DNA of 52,426 nt, filler included, from Bipalium vagum (taxonomy: Eukaryota), in assembly GCA_037834085.1 (NCBI GenBank). It is 3 parts of 3 records of this genome, joined end to end, with 100 filler letters (N's around TTAATTAATTAA, not from the genome) between each part and the next. Parts side by side here need not be neighbours in the genome. Positions count along the whole stretch, not along the records: positions 34,830 to 52,426 come from JBBMKC010059821.1; 2 more parts are not named here. The stretch is one strand, 5' to 3'. This document shows positions 50,903 to 52,426 of the stretch, piece after piece. Positions within the stretch are counted from its first letter, which is position 1. Each line of letters starts with the position of its first letter. The notes under the pieces were generated by a model that was given only the letters and a program-made list of their open reading frames with translations, was not told the DNA's origin and made no database searches. Both the position numbers and the translations under genes were made by a program.

Positions 50903-51774
50903 TGTTGGGTTAGCCAAGGACATCCCTGTAAACCCTTGTAAAAAGTATATGTCAGAAACCGTAATATGGTCTAGATTAGTTATAATTATTATAAATTAAT
51001 TATTAAGATCGCAAAAGAGTCAGAGGTAAAATAATAATAATAATAACAATAATACTAAAAATAATAAAATAATTAACTAAAAAGTACAAAACCTAATTAA
51101 AACAAAAAAAGGCAATTTAATATTCTCTAAAAGGATCTAATCTTGACAATGGCGAACCTAAATTGCCAAGATTAGATCAGAGTACTCAAAGAGGTACCGA
51201 TTTAGAATTAAAGAGCTAAAAAGGGAATTCACATTCCTCATTGATAAAACTGGTCTAAGATTGATTGATCGTTTGGCTAGAATAGTATTTAAGGGGTTGG
51301 AATCAGCGGTGTATTGCCATAAAATTCTCTGAGAGAAAATTACGCAAGTAACGTTATTTTGCGTCAGAAATCACGAATTTTGTTGCAGTTAGTAATCACT
51401 CTTTATGCCCTCTGGCGAAAAGAGCTCACGATAGGTCCTATGCTGTTAGGGGGTTTCTGAACGGATCGGATTGGGCTCAGAAAACCACACTTTGGACCTG
51501 TCTTTACAGCTGGTGAGAATATCGCTATTTTGTTGAATTTTAGTATTTTAGAATTTGAATTTTAGTGTGATTGACTATCAAAAAATTTGATTGAAGATAT
51601 TTTTATTGATTATTTGTTACATTGCCTTTGTTATTGTTATTTTGGTAATAAAGTGTTGTTCGTAGTTGTTTTGATTCATTCATTTGAGTACACGTATTGA
51701 CAAAACTGAAAGGGCCAATAAACTTTGCGAGCTAATTGTTACAAAGATGTTCATAGTGAAATAATAGCGTAACA
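50903..51774 (+). mobile_element. Solo-LTR-like element (copy B), about 630 bp upstream of the SERT ATG
   Basis: Termini TGTT...AACA; colinear with copy A, e.g. aataaagtgttgttcgtagttgttttgattcattc..tacacgtattg vs aataaaggtgttgttcggagtttgttttggttcattc..tacacgtattg. Confidence 0.75.
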
Positions 51775-51935
51775 AAATATAAAATACATATAAGTAGCGT
51801 GGATAAAACATCTTTAGACTGGCCCAAAAATATGAATGATATTAATATGAAACTTGTAATTTAAAAAACTATATTCATTTTCAATAACGCATCACTAAAA
51901 AAATAAAAACTGAGCAAATAAAATTATCAAATATA

Positions 51936-52426
51936 CAGGGTGTTTATTATGGTATGTTAACAAACTTTATTTTTAAATTACAAGTTAAAAAATAAAGGTA
52001 TTACTAATTTTTTATATATATTAAAAGTTTAATAATCCATTTAGTTAGTTTTTAAATAAAATGACTTTGCGTTTTTCGATGGAAGAAAGAATTCAAATTG
52101 TTGTGTGGAACTCCAAATTTGATAATTTTGAAGAAGTAATTAGGCATTGGAAAAAGAAATTTATCACTCCACCACCAAGTAGGCAAACAATTAAAAAAAA
52201 TAGTGGAAAAGTTTAAGAAGACTGGAGGTGTGCATGACCAAGTAAAATCCGGCCGATCTCTTTCCGTATTAACAACGAAAACAATTCAAAAAGTGAAAAA
52301 TCGGTTGAAGAATCTAGAAATTTGTCAGTTCGGTAGGGTGCTAGGGAAATTGACATGACTGTAAGCAGTTATTACAAGGCAATTAATGAAGCAGGCTTTC
52401 ATTCATTTAAGCCGTCAACCGTAATT
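51936..52426 (+). mobile_element. 5' part of a DD41D-like transposon, runs off the window
   Basis: TA|CAGGGTG TIR; MTLRFSMEERIQIV...PPPSRQTIKKIVEKFKKTGGVHDQVKSGR. Confidence 0.8.

Noticed and set aside
50898-51748. Apparent perfect 5-bp TSD (AAGAT) if LTR copy B ended at 51743
   Set aside because: Homology with copies A and C continues about 30 nt further to GCGTAACA (51774), so the match is probably coincidental.

Overview
Very AT-rich eukaryotic (animal) genomic DNA, saturated with decayed transposons. Flatworm/planarian origin is my inference from the transporter sequence and the TE repertoire, not something the sequence proves. Two host genes are supported, both on the minus strand. (1) The 5' part of an SLC6 monoamine transporter, most like a serotonin transporter (SERT): five coding exons between 50271 and 41678 with GT-AG, phase-consistent junctions. 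I could not find the remaining exons in the window. (2) A single-ORF stomatin/MEC-2-like SPFH gene (29556-28399) inside a TE-free, CpG-richer island. The rest holds about 20 Tc1/mariner-superfamily relics of many lineages, a decayed Ty3/Gypsy gag-pol, and a family of diverged solo-LTR-like elements. Two 100-nt assembly gaps carry an artificial TTAATTAATTAA linker. The most interesting unexplained signal is a 72-76 nt multi-stem hairpin conserved, with compensatory changes, across the LTR-like copies. Also notable are a chimeric mariner carrying an internal piece of another mariner subfamily and drug-site substitutions in the SERT. All alignments and folds were done by eye, and most TE boundaries are approximate.
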